From Gemmatimonadales bacterium (GTDB taxonomy: Bacteria > Gemmatimonadota > Gemmatimonadetes > Gemmatimonadales > GWC2-71-9), in assembly GCA_035699205.1 (NCBI GenBank), contig DASSBA010000153.1, positions 4,096 to 68,095 on the forward strand: DNA of 64,000 nt. Direction: 5' to 3'. Of the stretch, positions 25,793-35,662 are shown piece by piece. The notes under the pieces are model-generated. The model searched no databases. It was not told where the DNA came from and saw nothing but the letters and a program-made list of their open reading frames with translations. The position numbers and the translations under genes were made by a program. Position 1 is the stretch's first letter; the number at the start of each line of letters is the position of its first letter.

Positions 25793-27178
25793 TCAGAACG
25801 CGTGCTGGAACCGGGTGACCACGAAGTCTTCCGCCTGCCGGTCGCCGGTGGCCGCGCCGCCCGCGAAGGTGGTGTGCTCGTAGTTGACCAGGACCTTGAT
25901 CGCGTTGTTGAGGTACCAGTTGACCCCGAACCCGGCGCCTCTGGCCTTGCCCGCGGCGCTGGCCGGGTCGGCGAACAGCGGGAAGGCGTCCGCGTCGATG
26001 TCGATCTCGCCGTAGCGTGCTGCTAGCTCGAGCGCGCCGAAGGTGCCGGCCTTGAGGTCGAAGGGCTTGCGGGGCGCTGGACTCCTGAAGCCGGCCCTCT
26101 CACCCGTCAGGAAATACGATCCGCTGGCCTGCCAGGCGTGGTGCTCCAGTCGGGCCGTCGATCCGCCCGACTGCACGTCCTGCCGCGATACGGCGTACTC
26201 CGCGAGCACGCCCAGCGAGCCCACCGCGAGGAACGCCTGCGGGTAGAGTCGCGTGCGGCGGCCGGCCGCGAGGACGGTGTTGGCGGGGGCGGCAGTGCTG
26301 GTGCGGTAGCGGAAGAACGTCTGCTGCGATGGGGTCCGGTACCCGGGCAACCCGGTGGCGGCGGCGCTTCCCTGCTCGTTCCCGCTGCTGCCGGCGATCC
26401 CGACGCCCGAGCCCCGCAGCGCGCCGCGCCGGAATGGCCGGACGAACACCCGGGCGACGAGATCCTTGGAGTCGCTCAGATCGGCATCGACGTTGCCGAG
26501 GTCGGCCGCCCCATCGAAGACACCGACTTGATAGGAGAAGACTCCGTCCGCCATGTCGCCGGCGATCTGGAGGCCGATGTCCCGATTCGGGGCGAGGTTG
26601 CTCGGGAAGCCCCGCTCCGCGAAGGTGACGTCGGTCGCCGACCGCAGGCGCTCGAGGCTGATCGGGGACTTGAATTTTCCGGCGCGCACCGTGAAGGCGG
26701 GGTCGAACTTTCCCTCCCAGTACGCGTCGAAGAGCAGGGTCTGGCCCTGGGCGAAGTCGGGCATGATGCGGAAATCGAAATACCGGCCGACCGTTGCCTC
26801 GATGATCGGGCGGGCCCGCCGAAGCAGGAACGAGTTGGTGAACATGCCGGCATCGTCTCCGGGGACGAGCCGGGCATCGGCCTGGGCGTACCCGCGGAGC
26901 CTGAGGACGTACCTGCCGTCGGCGGATTGGAGGCTGAACCCATCCCTGGCGTTCGCGGTCGCCGACTGGCGCTCCTTCGCCGCCGACTCGGCGCTGTCCG
27001 CCGCCAGCTCGCGGAGCCGCTGCAGCACCCGGATCTGCTGGTCGAGCGCATCGACCCTGGCGACGAGCGACGGGGGCCCGCTGTCCGTCGCCGCCTGCTG
27101 CGCTACAGCCTGTGGTACGCCAACCACACTCCCGATCGTCAACATGACGCCGCTGAACCGCTGCCGGACCACGCGCAT
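25793..27178 (-). CDS. Outer-membrane anion porin of the OprO/OprP (porin O_P) family, first gene of the sulfate uptake operon
   Basis: FDAYWEGKFDPAFTVRAGKFKSPISLERLRSATDVTFAERGFPSNLAPNRDIGLQ, ending in the beta-barrel terminus VVTRFQHAF. ATG 27178 (MRVVRQRFSGVMLTIGS) is preferred over 27286 because a promoter-like element overlaps the longer start. Confidence 0.8.
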   Translation of the reverse strand: MRVVRQRFSGVMLTIGSVVGVPQAVAQQAATDSGPPSLVARVDALDQQIRVLQRLRELAADSAESAAKERQSATANARDGFSLQSADGRYVLRLRGYAQADARLVPGDDAGMFTNSFLLRRARPIIEATVGRYFDFRIMPDFAQGQTLLFDAYWEGKFDPAFTVRAGKFKSPISLERLRSATDVTFAERGFPSNLAPNRDIGLQIAGDMADGVFSYQVGVFDGAADLGNVDADLSDSKDLVARVFVRPFRRGALRGSGVGIAGSSGNEQGSAAATGLPGYRTPSQQTFFRYRTSTAAPANTVLAAGRRTRLYPQAFLAVGSLGVLAEYAVSRQDVQSGGSTARLEHHAWQASGSYFLTGERAGFRSPAPRKPFDLKAGTFGALELAARYGEIDIDADAFPLFADPASAAGKARGAGFGVNWYLNNAIKVLVNYEHTTFAGGAATGDRQAEDFVVTRFQHAF

Positions 27179-27291
27179 TCGAGGCTCTCCCGTCAGGCCG
27201 AGGGGTGGACTTCCATCATGGATCGTCAACTCGATCGCTCCACACCGGCTCGCCCGGAGCGCGGGCACCGAGCGGCGGTTGACCATGAGCC

Positions 27292-27320
27292 GATATACTC
27301 GATCTACTAGATAGAGTAAA
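27292..27320 (-). promoter_or_regulatory. Candidate sigma70-type promoter for the porin-sbp-cysTWA operon, with a small palindrome in the spacer
   Basis: Minus strand reads TTTACT (27320-27315), a 17-nt spacer, then TATATC (27297-27292). The spacer contains ATCTA-N-TAGAT. This is the only AT-rich patch between the Rrf2 stop and the porin gene. Confidence 0.3.
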
Positions 27321-27371
27321 TAGGCAAAGCTCGTGCCAACGACTCGGGTCAGCCGCTCCGGCGCGTTGAAG

Positions 27372-27818
27372 TCAGCGAGAACTGTCGAGCAGGGAGGCCC
27401 GCTTCACCTTGCCACGCAACGAGGCCAGGTTGGTGCCGTCGAGAATCTTGGCTGTGGCGTCCCGCACTTCCTTCATGGCGAGGCGGACGCCGCAGACCGC
27501 CTCGTCGCGGCAGTCGGCGCAGGGGACATAGGCGGTCTGGCTGGCGCAGGGCACCGGCGCCAGGGGGCCGTCGAACATGCGGACGATCTGGCCGAGATAG
27601 ATGTCTTTCGGGTCGCGCGCGAGCAGATAGCCGCCGCCCTTGCCCTTCCGGCTGCGCAGGATCCCCTGGTTCCGGAGCCCGAGCAGGATGAGCTCGAGAA
27701 ACTTCGGCGGGATCTGCTCCATGCGCGCGAGGTCGGCGATCCGCATCGGCTCGTCGGCATCGCGCTCGGCGAGCGCGAGGAGCGCCTTGATGGCGTACTT
27801 GGCCTTCTTCGAAAGCAT
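27372..27818 (-). CDS. Rrf2 family transcriptional regulator (Cys-containing, possibly Fe-S binding)
   Basis: Internal ATG 27818 gives MLSKKAKYAIKALLALAERDADEPMRIADLARMEQIPPKFLELILLGLRNQGILRSRKGKGGGYLLA. Cysteines occur at aa 91, 100, 103 and 109. 148 aa. Confidence 0.9.
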   Translation of the reverse strand: MLSKKAKYAIKALLALAERDADEPMRIADLARMEQIPPKFLELILLGLRNQGILRSRKGKGGGYLLARDPKDIYLGQIVRMFDGPLAPVPCASQTAYVPCADCRDEAVCGVRLAMKEVRDATAKILDGTNLASLRGKVKRASLLDSSR

Positions 27819-27930
27819 CGCGGACTCGGTCGGTGAAGTGTCGAATATAGCCCGATGTCGGCGCAGGCCGCCGGACGGACCGGCGCCGAAATTGCAAAGC
27901 ATTGCCCCCTTCACTCTTAACGAGCAGGAA

Positions 27931-29622
27931 ATGCGAAGAGATCTTTCGACTCTCGCCGCCGGCGAGTTCGATCTGGTCGTTGTCGGCGGCGGAATCTGCG
28001 GCGCCGCGGTGGCGTGGGACGCGGCCCAGCGTGGACTGACTGTGGCCCTCCTCGAGCGCGGCGACTTTGGCGGCGCCACGTCCGCCGATTCGCTCAAGGT
28101 GGTCCACGGCGGAATCCGCTACCTCCAGCACCTGGACGTGGTCCGCGTCCGCGAGTCCGCCCGCGAGCGATCGGCGCTGCTTCGCATCGCGCCTCATCTG
28201 GTGCACCCCTTGCCCATCGTCGTGCCCGCGTACGGTCACGGGCTGAGTGGCAGGGGGCCGCTCGCCGCCGCGTTCCGCCTGCTCGGCGCGCTCACCGCCG
28301 GCCGCAACCGCGGCATCGTCGACCCGGAGCGGCACATTCCGCCCGCCCGCCTGGTCTCCCGCCGGGACGCGCTCGAGTGGTTTCCGGACCTCGATCCGCG
28401 GGGCCTCACCGGGGCCGGGGTCTTCTGGGATGGGCAGATGTACAACCCTCCCCGGCTGGTCTGGGCGTTCGTCCGCTCGGCGGCGCGGGCCGGTGCGGTG
28501 GTCGCCAACTACTGCGAGGTGACTTCGGTGCTCCGCCGCGGAGGCCGGGCGATCGGCGCGCGCGTGGAGGACCGGCTGGGCGGCAGCCGGTTCGAGGTCC
28601 GTGGCCGAGCCGTCATCAACGCCACCGGGCCGTTCACCGGCCCGCTCCTCGTCCGTTCGGGTCTAACGCCCCGCCGCCCGGTACACTTCTCCCGCGACAT
28701 GGCGCTGGTCATTCACCGGCCCCTTGTCGCGTCGCGCGGATTGGCCCTCCAGACCCGGTACCGCGACCCCGACGCGCTCGTGAGCCGCGGTAACCGGCAT
28801 CTGTTCCTGCTGCCGTGGCGCGGACGGACGCTGGTGGGCGTGAACAGCGTCATCTGGCGCGAGGATCCCGACGCGCTCGGCGTGACCGACGAGGAGGTGG
28901 CCGGGTTCCTCGCGGAGATCAACGAGGCGGCACCGCACTTCCGCCTGACCGGGGCGGACGTGGCGCTGGTGCTCTCCGGACTCCTGCCGGTGGCCCGGGG
29001 GGAGCTGGTGGGGCGGGACGTGAGCTTCGGCAAGCGTCCGCTCGTCGTCGATCATGCCGCGGACGGGTGCGCCGGGCTGCTCAGCGCCATCACGAACCGC
29101 TACACCGTGGCCCGGGGGGTGGCGGAGCTGGCCGTCGGGCTCGCCTGCCGAAGTCTGGGACGCACGCCACCGCCGTGCCGCACTCGGACCACGCCGCTTC
29201 ACGGCGGCGAAATCCCGTCGTTCTCCGGGCTGGTCCGGGAGATCGCCCGCTCGGCGGCGGTGGAGCCCGCGGTCGCGGAGCGCCTCGCGCATGACCACGG
29301 GACCGGCTACCCGGAGGTGCTCCGGATCGCCGCGGAGCAGCCGGACTGGGGCCGCCCCATCGGCGCGACACCGTTCCTGTCCGCGGAGGTGGTGCATGCG
29401 GCGCGGAGCGAGATGGCCTGCCGTCTGGGTGACATCGTGTTCCGTCGCACCGGACTGGCCACCGCCGGCCATCCGGGTGAGGACGCGCTCGAGCGGGCGG
29501 CCTCGCTGGCCGCCCGGGAGCTCGGATGGGATGCGGACCGTCGGAGCGACGAGCTGGCGGACGTGCGTGCCCGGCTCACGCGCGGCGCCCCTACTGGTTT
29601 CCAGGCCGGCGCGCCACATTGA
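27931..29622 (+). CDS. glpD: FAD-dependent glycerol-3-phosphate dehydrogenase/oxidase-like oxidoreductase
   Basis: Internal ATG 27931 gives MRRDLSTLAAGEFDLVVVGGGICGAAVAWDAAQRGLTVALLERGDFGGATSADSLKVVHGGIRYLQ. Confidence 0.8.
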   Translation: MRRDLSTLAAGEFDLVVVGGGICGAAVAWDAAQRGLTVALLERGDFGGATSADSLKVVHGGIRYLQHLDVVRVRESARERSALLRIAPHLVHPLPIVVPAYGHGLSGRGPLAAAFRLLGALTAGRNRGIVDPERHIPPARLVSRRDALEWFPDLDPRGLTGAGVFWDGQMYNPPRLVWAFVRSAARAGAVVANYCEVTSVLRRGGRAIGARVEDRLGGSRFEVRGRAVINATGPFTGPLLVRSGLTPRRPVHFSRDMALVIHRPLVASRGLALQTRYRDPDALVSRGNRHLFLLPWRGRTLVGVNSVIWREDPDALGVTDEEVAGFLAEINEAAPHFRLTGADVALVLSGLLPVARGELVGRDVSFGKRPLVVDHAADGCAGLLSAITNRYTVARGVAELAVGLACRSLGRTPPPCRTRTTPLHGGEIPSFSGLVREIARSAAVEPAVAERLAHDHGTGYPEVLRIAAEQPDWGRPIGATPFLSAEVVHAARSEMACRLGDIVFRRTGLATAGHPGEDALERAASLAARELGWDADRRSDELADVRARLTRGAPTGFQAGAPH

Positions 29623-29626
29623 TGGC

Positions 29627-31570
29627 ATGCCATCACAGCTGCCTCCACTCGGGCGTGTCGTCGCCACCGAGCTCAAGCCCTCCACGCCGCATCAATTCCA
29701 CTTCTGGACCGCTCGCGAGAATCCCATCGGCATCGGCGCGATCGTGCGCGTCGAGGACCTGGGACGGCAGGTGTTCGGGGTGGTGACCGACGGATTCGCG
29801 TACTCGGACCTGGTCACCCCGATGCATGCGGTGATCGGGGCCGACGGCGATCCGGTCGCCGCGGGACTCGAGCCGAGCCGGCGCGCCGAGATCCGGCTCT
29901 TCACCGCCGCCGTCCTGCGACAGATTCCCGAGGAGCCGCTGCAGCCGGTGCCGCTCGGGCCCGTCTGGCTCGCCACCGACGCGGACGTCGCGCTCGCGCT
30001 CCGCATGGATGCCTACCTCGCGGGCCAGCGGCCGACCGGCATTCCCGTGGGGCTCTACGCCGCCGGCGGGCTCGAGTCACCCGTCTACCTCGATTGCGAC
30101 TTCCTCCTCGGTCCCGAGGCGGCGCACCTCAACATCACCGGCGTCTCGGGCCTGGCCACCAAGACCAGCGCCGTGGAGTTCCTGCTCGGCAGCATCTTCC
30201 AGACGTTCCCACGGCACAAGGGCTCGGTGGCGGCGCTCTGCTTCAACGTGAAGGGGCCCGACCTGTGCTTCCTCGACCAGCCGACCCCGCTGGCCGAGGA
30301 GGACCGGCGGCAGTATGACCGGCTCGGCCTCCGGCCGGTACCGTTCGCCGACGTGTGCTACTACGCCCCGTTCAAGGCCGACGGCGTCAATCTGAACACC
30401 CTTCGCAGCAACGAGGCGCTCGCGGCCAACACCCACCCGCTCGTCTGGGGGCTGCGCGAGGTGCTGGATTATGCCGAAGTGGTGCTCAACCGGGACGATG
30501 TGGACGCGAAGGCCGGCGGGTTCATCGATTTCCTGGCGGAACGGGTCGTCGGGCACGAGTACCAGGACGAGATGCTGCGGGGAAAGCCGTTCCGGGTGCA
30601 GAGCTTCGCCGATCTGGAGGAGTTCTTCCGCGCGATCTTCGATTTCATGGAGGTCCTCGGGAAGGGCGGCGAGGTATGGAAGACCCATCATCTCGCGACG
30701 ATCCGGAAGGTGCGCAACCGGCTCAGCAACATCTCCACGCGCTCCAAGGGCCTGGTGACCGATGACGGGGCCGCCCACGACCTCCCGTGGGGCGAGTTCG
30801 CCGACCGGAGCGTGCACGTGGTGGACGTCGCGGGCCTCGATCCCCTGGCCCAGGACCTGGTCTTCGCACGCATCGTGTCCAAGCTGCGGGAGCACCTCGA
30901 GCGGCGCGACCTCGGCGTGGACCACGTGGTGGTGTTCGTGGACGAGCTCAACAAATATGCCCCGGCGGACGGGGCGGACACCTACGTGCGGAAGATGCTG
31001 CTCGACCTGTCCGAGCGGGGACGGTACCTGGGCCTCGTGCTGTTCTCCGCCCAGCAGTTCCGTTCGCAAGTGCAACGCCGGGTCGTGGGCAATGCCGGGA
31101 CCGCCGTGTTCGGCCGCATGGACATGGACGAGCTCTCGACCCCCGGCTACGCCACCCTCTCGCCCGCTACCCGGATCAAGCTGGCCACGCTCCCCAAGGG
31201 CGAGCTCATGGTGCGCCACCCCCACTTCACGCAGCCGATCTTCGTGAAGTTCCCGCGCCCCGCCGTGCTCGGCGGCCGCGAGGGGATCGAGCGATTTCCC
31301 CCGTGCGCCGAGCTCGCCTTTCCTGATGCGGTGATCCGCCAGCTTCGCGGCCTCGACCGGCGGGTCTCGGCCGATGCGGTGCGCGCGCTGATCGATGGAC
31401 GGCGGGAGGACGACGTGCGACGGGCGCTCGGCGCCACCAGGCGGGAGCGCCCGGACGACGCCCTGGCATTCTTCACCGCCTGCCTGGGACGCCGGGTCAA
31501 CGGCGAGGTGCTCGCCGCGCGCCGCGGCATCCCGGCCGTCAAGCGAAGTGACGACGGCTACGGCTTCTGA
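29627..31570 (+). CDS. herA: HerA-like (DUF87/FtsK-HerA superfamily) ATPase with an N-terminal HAS-barrel-like domain
   Basis: ATG 29627 lies 4 nt after the glpD-like stop. The N-terminus is LGRVVATELKPSTPHQFHFWTAREN..GAIVRVED. The P-loop region reads NITGVSGLATKTSAVEFLL, which is deviant. Walker B-like segment is HVVVFVDELNKYAP. 647 aa. Confidence 0.65.
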   Translation: MPSQLPPLGRVVATELKPSTPHQFHFWTARENPIGIGAIVRVEDLGRQVFGVVTDGFAYSDLVTPMHAVIGADGDPVAAGLEPSRRAEIRLFTAAVLRQIPEEPLQPVPLGPVWLATDADVALALRMDAYLAGQRPTGIPVGLYAAGGLESPVYLDCDFLLGPEAAHLNITGVSGLATKTSAVEFLLGSIFQTFPRHKGSVAALCFNVKGPDLCFLDQPTPLAEEDRRQYDRLGLRPVPFADVCYYAPFKADGVNLNTLRSNEALAANTHPLVWGLREVLDYAEVVLNRDDVDAKAGGFIDFLAERVVGHEYQDEMLRGKPFRVQSFADLEEFFRAIFDFMEVLGKGGEVWKTHHLATIRKVRNRLSNISTRSKGLVTDDGAAHDLPWGEFADRSVHVVDVAGLDPLAQDLVFARIVSKLREHLERRDLGVDHVVVFVDELNKYAPADGADTYVRKMLLDLSERGRYLGLVLFSAQQFRSQVQRRVVGNAGTAVFGRMDMDELSTPGYATLSPATRIKLATLPKGELMVRHPHFTQPIFVKFPRPAVLGGREGIERFPPCAELAFPDAVIRQLRGLDRRVSADAVRALIDGRREDDVRRALGATRRERPDDALAFFTACLGRRVNGEVLAARRGIPAVKRSDDGYGF

Positions 31571-31653
31571 CGGCCGCGCGCCGGCGGCCACGATCCGTGT
31601 GGTCTGGCTCATAGTCCCCCTCGCGCCGATCGGCTAGCCTGGATACTGATTCC

Positions 31654-31687
31654 GGCCGCCCGGAGTCTCCTGTCAGACCGGGCGGTC
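31654..31687 (+). terminator. GC-rich hairpin between herA-like and the histidine kinase gene (candidate terminator or attenuator)
   Basis: GGCCGCCCGG (31654-31663), a 14-nt loop, then CCGGGCGGTC (31678-31687). No U-tract. Confidence 0.3.
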
Positions 31688-31715
31688 GAACTCTCAGTCC
31701 TCCCGGCGAGGTGCC

Positions 31716-33662
31716 ATGCCCCGCTCCAGGCTCGACCCCGTCCCGCTCCCACCGCTCGGCGAAGACGGCTGGCGCCTGCTGGTCGAGCAGGTCAAGGACT
31801 ACGCCATCTTCATGATGGACACCGCGGGCCGGAACGCATCCTGGAACGAAGGTGTCGCCCGGGTCCTCGGGTTCGGCGAGGCCGAATTCCTGGGCCGGTC
31901 GCTGCGGGAGATCTTCACGCCCGAGGACCGCGCGGCCGGCGTTCCCGAGCAGGAGCTCGCGACCGCCGCGCGGGAGGGGAGCGCGAACGACGACCGCTGG
32001 ATGATGCGCAGGGACGGGAGCCGGTTCTGGGCCACCGGGATCACGACCGCGCTGCGGGGCGATGACGGCGAGCTGCTGGGATTCACCAAGGTGCTCCGGG
32101 ATCACACCGAGGAGAAGCGCCTCGACGAGGAGCGCAGGACCAGCGAGCACCGGCTGCTCACCGCCCTCGCCGCCGCCCGCATGGGCACCTGGGAATGGGA
32201 GATCGCGACCAACGGGGAGCGGTTCGACGACGGCCTGTGCCGGCTTTTCGGCGTGGAGCCGGGGGAGATCACGACGTTGGACGACGTGCTGGTCCGGGTC
32301 CACCCCGACGACCGGGCGGCAGTGGCCGTCGCCTACCGGCAGTCCGCGGAGAGCGGGGCCGATCTGGACGTCGAGTTTCGGATCGTCCGGCCCGACAGCA
32401 GCGTGCGCTGGCTTCGCAGTCACGGCAAGGTGCTCTACGATCGCGGCGGCGATCCCGTCGTCATGACCGGCGCCTGCGTGGACGTCACCGAGCGGCGGCA
32501 GATGGAGGAGCAGCTCGGGCAGGTGCAGCGGATGGACGCGGTCGGCCGCCTGGCGGGCGGGGTGGCGCACGAGGTCAACAACATGATGACCGCCATCCTG
32601 GGCTTCACCGACCTGCTGCTCGACCCGACGCGCCCGGGTGACCCGCGCCGCGCCGACCTCCTCCAGATTCGCAAAGCCGCCGGCCGTGCCGCCACGGTCA
32701 CCGCCCAGCTGCTGGCCTTCAGCCGTCGCCAGCTGCTCCAGCCGCGCGTCGTCGACCTGAATCTGGTTCTGACCGATCTTCATCCGATGCTGCTCCGCCT
32801 GCTCGGCGAGGACAAGCGCGTCACCGTCCGGCTCGAGCCGGACCTGTGGCCGGTCCACGCCGATCGGGGCCAGCTGGAGCAGGCCGTGATCAACCTCGCG
32901 CTCAACGCCCGCGACGCGATGCCGCGCGGCGGGCACTTCAGCATCGAGAGCGCCAACGTCCAGCTCGACGAGCCCTACCTGTCGCGGCATCCCGCCACTG
33001 CCATCGCTCCGGGCTCCTATGTCCGGCTGGTCGTCGGCGACACCGGCGGCGGCATTCCGCCCGACGTACAGCCCCGGATCTTCGAGCCGTTCTTCACCAC
33101 CAAGCCGGTGGGGCGGGGGACCGGGCTGGGTCTGTCCATGGTCTACGGAATCGTGAAGCAGAGTGGCGGATTCGTCTGGGTCTACAGCGAGCCCGGCCAC
33201 GGCACGGTGTTCAAGCTGTACCTGCCCCGGGTGGGCCAGTTGCCGGAGGCCCGTGGCCCGCTGGCCGGCGGCACGATTCCCCGCGGCGACGAGACGGTTC
33301 TGGTGGTGGAGGACGACGAGATGGTGCGCCTGCTGACCGCGCGGTTGCTCGCGTCGCAGGGCTACACCCCGATCGAGGCGCGGGACGGCCGCGAGGCGCT
33401 GGAGCTGGTGGCTGCCCATCCGGGACAGGTCCAGCTGGTGCTTTCCGATGTGGTGATGCCCGAGCTCGGCGGCATCGAGTTCGCGCGGCGTCTGGCCGAG
33501 TTTCGGCCGGACCTGCCGATCCTGTTCATGTCCGGCTTCACCGACGATGAAGTGGTGCGCCGCGGGCTGCTCGACCCCGACGCGCCCTATCTGCAGAAGC
33601 CGTTCGACGCCGCGGCGCTCGGACGCCGGGTGCGCGAGCTGCTGGACGCGCGAGCGGTCTGA
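31716..33662 (+). CDS. Hybrid sensor histidine kinase (two PAS domains, HisKA, HATPase_c, receiver)
   Basis: [19 protein letters not shown] is PAS-like. The H-box is [20 protein letters not shown] boxes are [11 protein letters not shown] and [13 protein letters not shown]. The receiver region is [11 protein letters not shown]...[12 protein letters not shown]...KPF. Confidence 0.9.
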   Translation: MPRSRLDPVPLPPLGEDGWRLLVEQVKDYAIFMMDTAGRNASWNEGVARVLGFGEAEFLGRSLREIFTPEDRAAGVPEQELATAAREGSANDDRWMMRRDGSRFWATGITTALRGDDGELLGFTKVLRDHTEEKRLDEERRTSEHRLLTALAAARMGTWEWEIATNGERFDDGLCRLFGVEPGEITTLDDVLVRVHPDDRAAVAVAYRQSAESGADLDVEFRIVRPDSSVRWLRSHGKVLYDRGGDPVVMTGACVDVTERRQMEEQLGQVQRMDAVGRLAGGVAHEVNNMMTAILGFTDLLLDPTRPGDPRRADLLQIRKAAGRAATVTAQLLAFSRRQLLQPRVVDLNLVLTDLHPMLLRLLGEDKRVTVRLEPDLWPVHADRGQLEQAVINLALNARDAMPRGGHFSIESANVQLDEPYLSRHPATAIAPGSYVRLVVGDTGGGIPPDVQPRIFEPFFTTKPVGRGTGLGLSMVYGIVKQSGGFVWVYSEPGHGTVFKLYLPRVGQLPEARGPLAGGTIPRGDETVLVVEDDEMVRLLTARLLASQGYTPIEARDGREALELVAAHPGQVQLVLSDVVMPELGGIEFARRLAEFRPDLPILFMSGFTDDEVVRRGLLDPDAPYLQKPFDAAALGRRVRELLDARAV

Positions 33663-33667
33663 CCGGC

Positions 33668-34657
33668 TTGACCCGAGGACCATCCCCGGCAATTTTGCGT
33701 CGCCGGCACGGCCGCGAAGCACCTTACGCCCATCACGAGGACGCCCGATCCTTGGCCGCAATTCCCAACTTCTTCATCGTCGGCGCTCCCAAATGCGGCA
33801 CCACGGCCCTGTACGAATATCTTCGACCGCACGCCAACATCTACATGTCGGCGGTCAAGGAGCCGCACTTTTTCGCGGATGATCTCGGCAGATACCCGCT
33901 GATCAAGACGCCACAGGAGTATGCGCGGTTGTTCGAGGCCAGCACCGCGAATCATCTCGCGGTGGGAGAAGCGTCGGTCTACTATCTTCGCTCACTGGCC
34001 GCCATTCCGAACATCCGCGGGTTCAACCCGGATGCGAAGCTCATCGCCATGTTCCGGAACCCCGCGGACGTGGTGTATTCGCTGCACTCGCAGTTGCTCT
34101 ATTGGTCGGAGGAAACCGTCGAGGACTTCGAAGCTGCCTGGCGCCTCCAGGAGCGGCGCGCCCGTGGCCTCGATGTGCCGCCGACCTGCCGCGAGCCGTT
34201 CCTGCTTCAATACCGGGAGATCGGCCGCTTCGGCACCCAGACCGAGCGGCTGCTCGCCCATTTCCCGCGGGCGCGAGTGAAATTGATCGTCTACGAGGAC
34301 TTCGCCGCCTCGCCCCGCAAGCTGTACGAGGAGGTGCTCGAGTTCCTGGGAGTCCCTGACGACAACCGCACCGAATTTCCCCCGGTCAACGAGAATAAGC
34401 GGGCGGAGGTGACCTGGTTGCGGGACTTCATGCGCAAACCGCCGCCCCGGCTGCGCCATGCGTACCGCCGGCTCAAGCGTACCGTGGGGCCGCAGCGGAT
34501 GAGCACCCTGACCCGAAAGCTGCTCGAACTCAACACCGTCAAGGCGCGGCGTCCGCCGCTGTCACCCGAGCTCCGGGCGGAGCTGGTGGACACCTTTCGC
34601 GAGGAGGTCGCCAGACTTGCGCTCATTCTGGACCGCGATCTGAGCCATTGGCGCTGA
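33668..34657 (+). CDS. PAPS-dependent sulfotransferase (Sulfotransfer_1-like)
   Basis: The 5-prime PSB motif is FFIVGAPKCGTTAL and the 3-prime PB motif is FRNPADVVYSLHS. The start is uncertain: TTG 33668 is the track start and TTG 33752 (giving MAAIPNFF) is an alternative. Confidence 0.8.
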   Translation: MTRGPSPAILRRRHGREAPYAHHEDARSLAAIPNFFIVGAPKCGTTALYEYLRPHANIYMSAVKEPHFFADDLGRYPLIKTPQEYARLFEASTANHLAVGEASVYYLRSLAAIPNIRGFNPDAKLIAMFRNPADVVYSLHSQLLYWSEETVEDFEAAWRLQERRARGLDVPPTCREPFLLQYREIGRFGTQTERLLAHFPRARVKLIVYEDFAASPRKLYEEVLEFLGVPDDNRTEFPPVNENKRAEVTWLRDFMRKPPPRLRHAYRRLKRTVGPQRMSTLTRKLLELNTVKARRPPLSPELRAELVDTFREEVARLALILDRDLSHWR

Positions 34658-34669
34658 AGCGCTGAGCGC

Positions 34670-35389
34670 TCACTTGAGTGTGGCGTAGGTGCATCCGGGA
34701 ACCAGCACGTCGGCCACGAATTTCGTCGGGGGCCCGAGCTGGATGACTCGCAAGGCCAGCCGATAGGCGCCACCTCCTTCGAACGGCTGGCGCAGATCCC
34801 AGCGATCGTAGATGGCATGGCGAAAGCCGGCTTCGCGAAGCATTCGCCGGGCCTTGCCCGGGGTGAACCAGTTGATCGCGGGCGCGTCGGTGTGGCCGAT
34901 GAGGTGGGGCTTGTGCTGCTTCGTCCAGGCCATGACGCGTCGCTTCAAGGCGTCAGGGTACCAGCCGAACATCGGAAAGCCGTTGATTTCCTTCTGCCGT
35001 GGCGAACGGCTGCTCGCGGTGCAGAACCAGAAGATCCCCCCCGGCTTGAGAATCCGGTACATCTCGTGGAACGCGGCCTGCGCGTCGGTGACGTGCTCCA
35101 TCACGCTGGAGCAGATCACGACGTCGAACTGCTCCGAGGGGAGCCCGGTGGCCTCCGCGCTGCCGGGAAGGACCTCGATCTCGAGCCCGGCGAGGGCCGC
35201 AAGCTGGGGCGCCTTCTCACGCGCGGGCGCCCACGGCTCGATGCCCATGGCGCGATAACCCAGACGCCGGCAGCCGATGACGAATCGGCCCTGGGCGGCG
35301 CCGACGTCCAGGATCGTGGTGGAGTCCGGAGGGAGTGGTCGGATGGTCTCCAATCTGGCCAGGATCTTTCTGACATATGCCTCGGACAT
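34670..35389 (-). CDS. Class I SAM-dependent methyltransferase
   Basis: ILDVGAAQGRF (motif I), FDVVICSSVMEHV and LKPGGIFWF. ATG 35389 is chosen inside ORF 34670..35578, but the true start could be further upstream. Confidence 0.75.
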   Translation of the reverse strand: MSEAYVRKILARLETIRPLPPDSTTILDVGAAQGRFVIGCRRLGYRAMGIEPWAPAREKAPQLAALAGLEIEVLPGSAEATGLPSEQFDVVICSSVMEHVTDAQAAFHEMYRILKPGGIFWFCTASSRSPRQKEINGFPMFGWYPDALKRRVMAWTKQHKPHLIGHTDAPAINWFTPGKARRMLREAGFRHAIYDRWDLRQPFEGGGAYRLALRVIQLGPPTKFVADVLVPGCTYATLK

Positions 35390-35662
35390 GGGCAGCCGTT
35401 CGAAGGCGGCCTCCAGTGACAGTTGTTCGGTGGCGTGGCGGGCAGCGGGCACGGAACCGGTTCTCCTGTTGGGGACATGACGAGACGCCGCCGCTGCCGG
35501 CGCGAGCGCCAGACGATCCTGGATGGCTGATTCACGCGAGCTTGATCCGACACCGCAGGATACCGGGACCGCGGGCATCGGCGCAATCGTTCGAGAACCC
35601 GCCGGCGGATCAGCCGCGGCCCTCGCGCGCCGGGTGCCCGAGCGGCGGCAGGCGCGGAAGGG

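Noticed and set aside
27179-27286. Longer start (27286) for the porin gene.
   Set aside because: The extra 36 aa (MVNRRSVPALRASRCGAIELTIHDGS...) do not look like a signal peptide. The promoter-like element at 27292-27320 would leave no leader. The ATG at 27178 gives a plausible N-terminus.
27931-31570. GlpD-like plus HerA-like pair as a HerA-based anti-phage system.
   Set aside because: I could not see any SIR2, DUF4297, nuclease or other effector-like partner. The adjacent gene has a textbook FAD GlpD N-terminus. I report it only as an odd linkage within the HerA/NurA finding.
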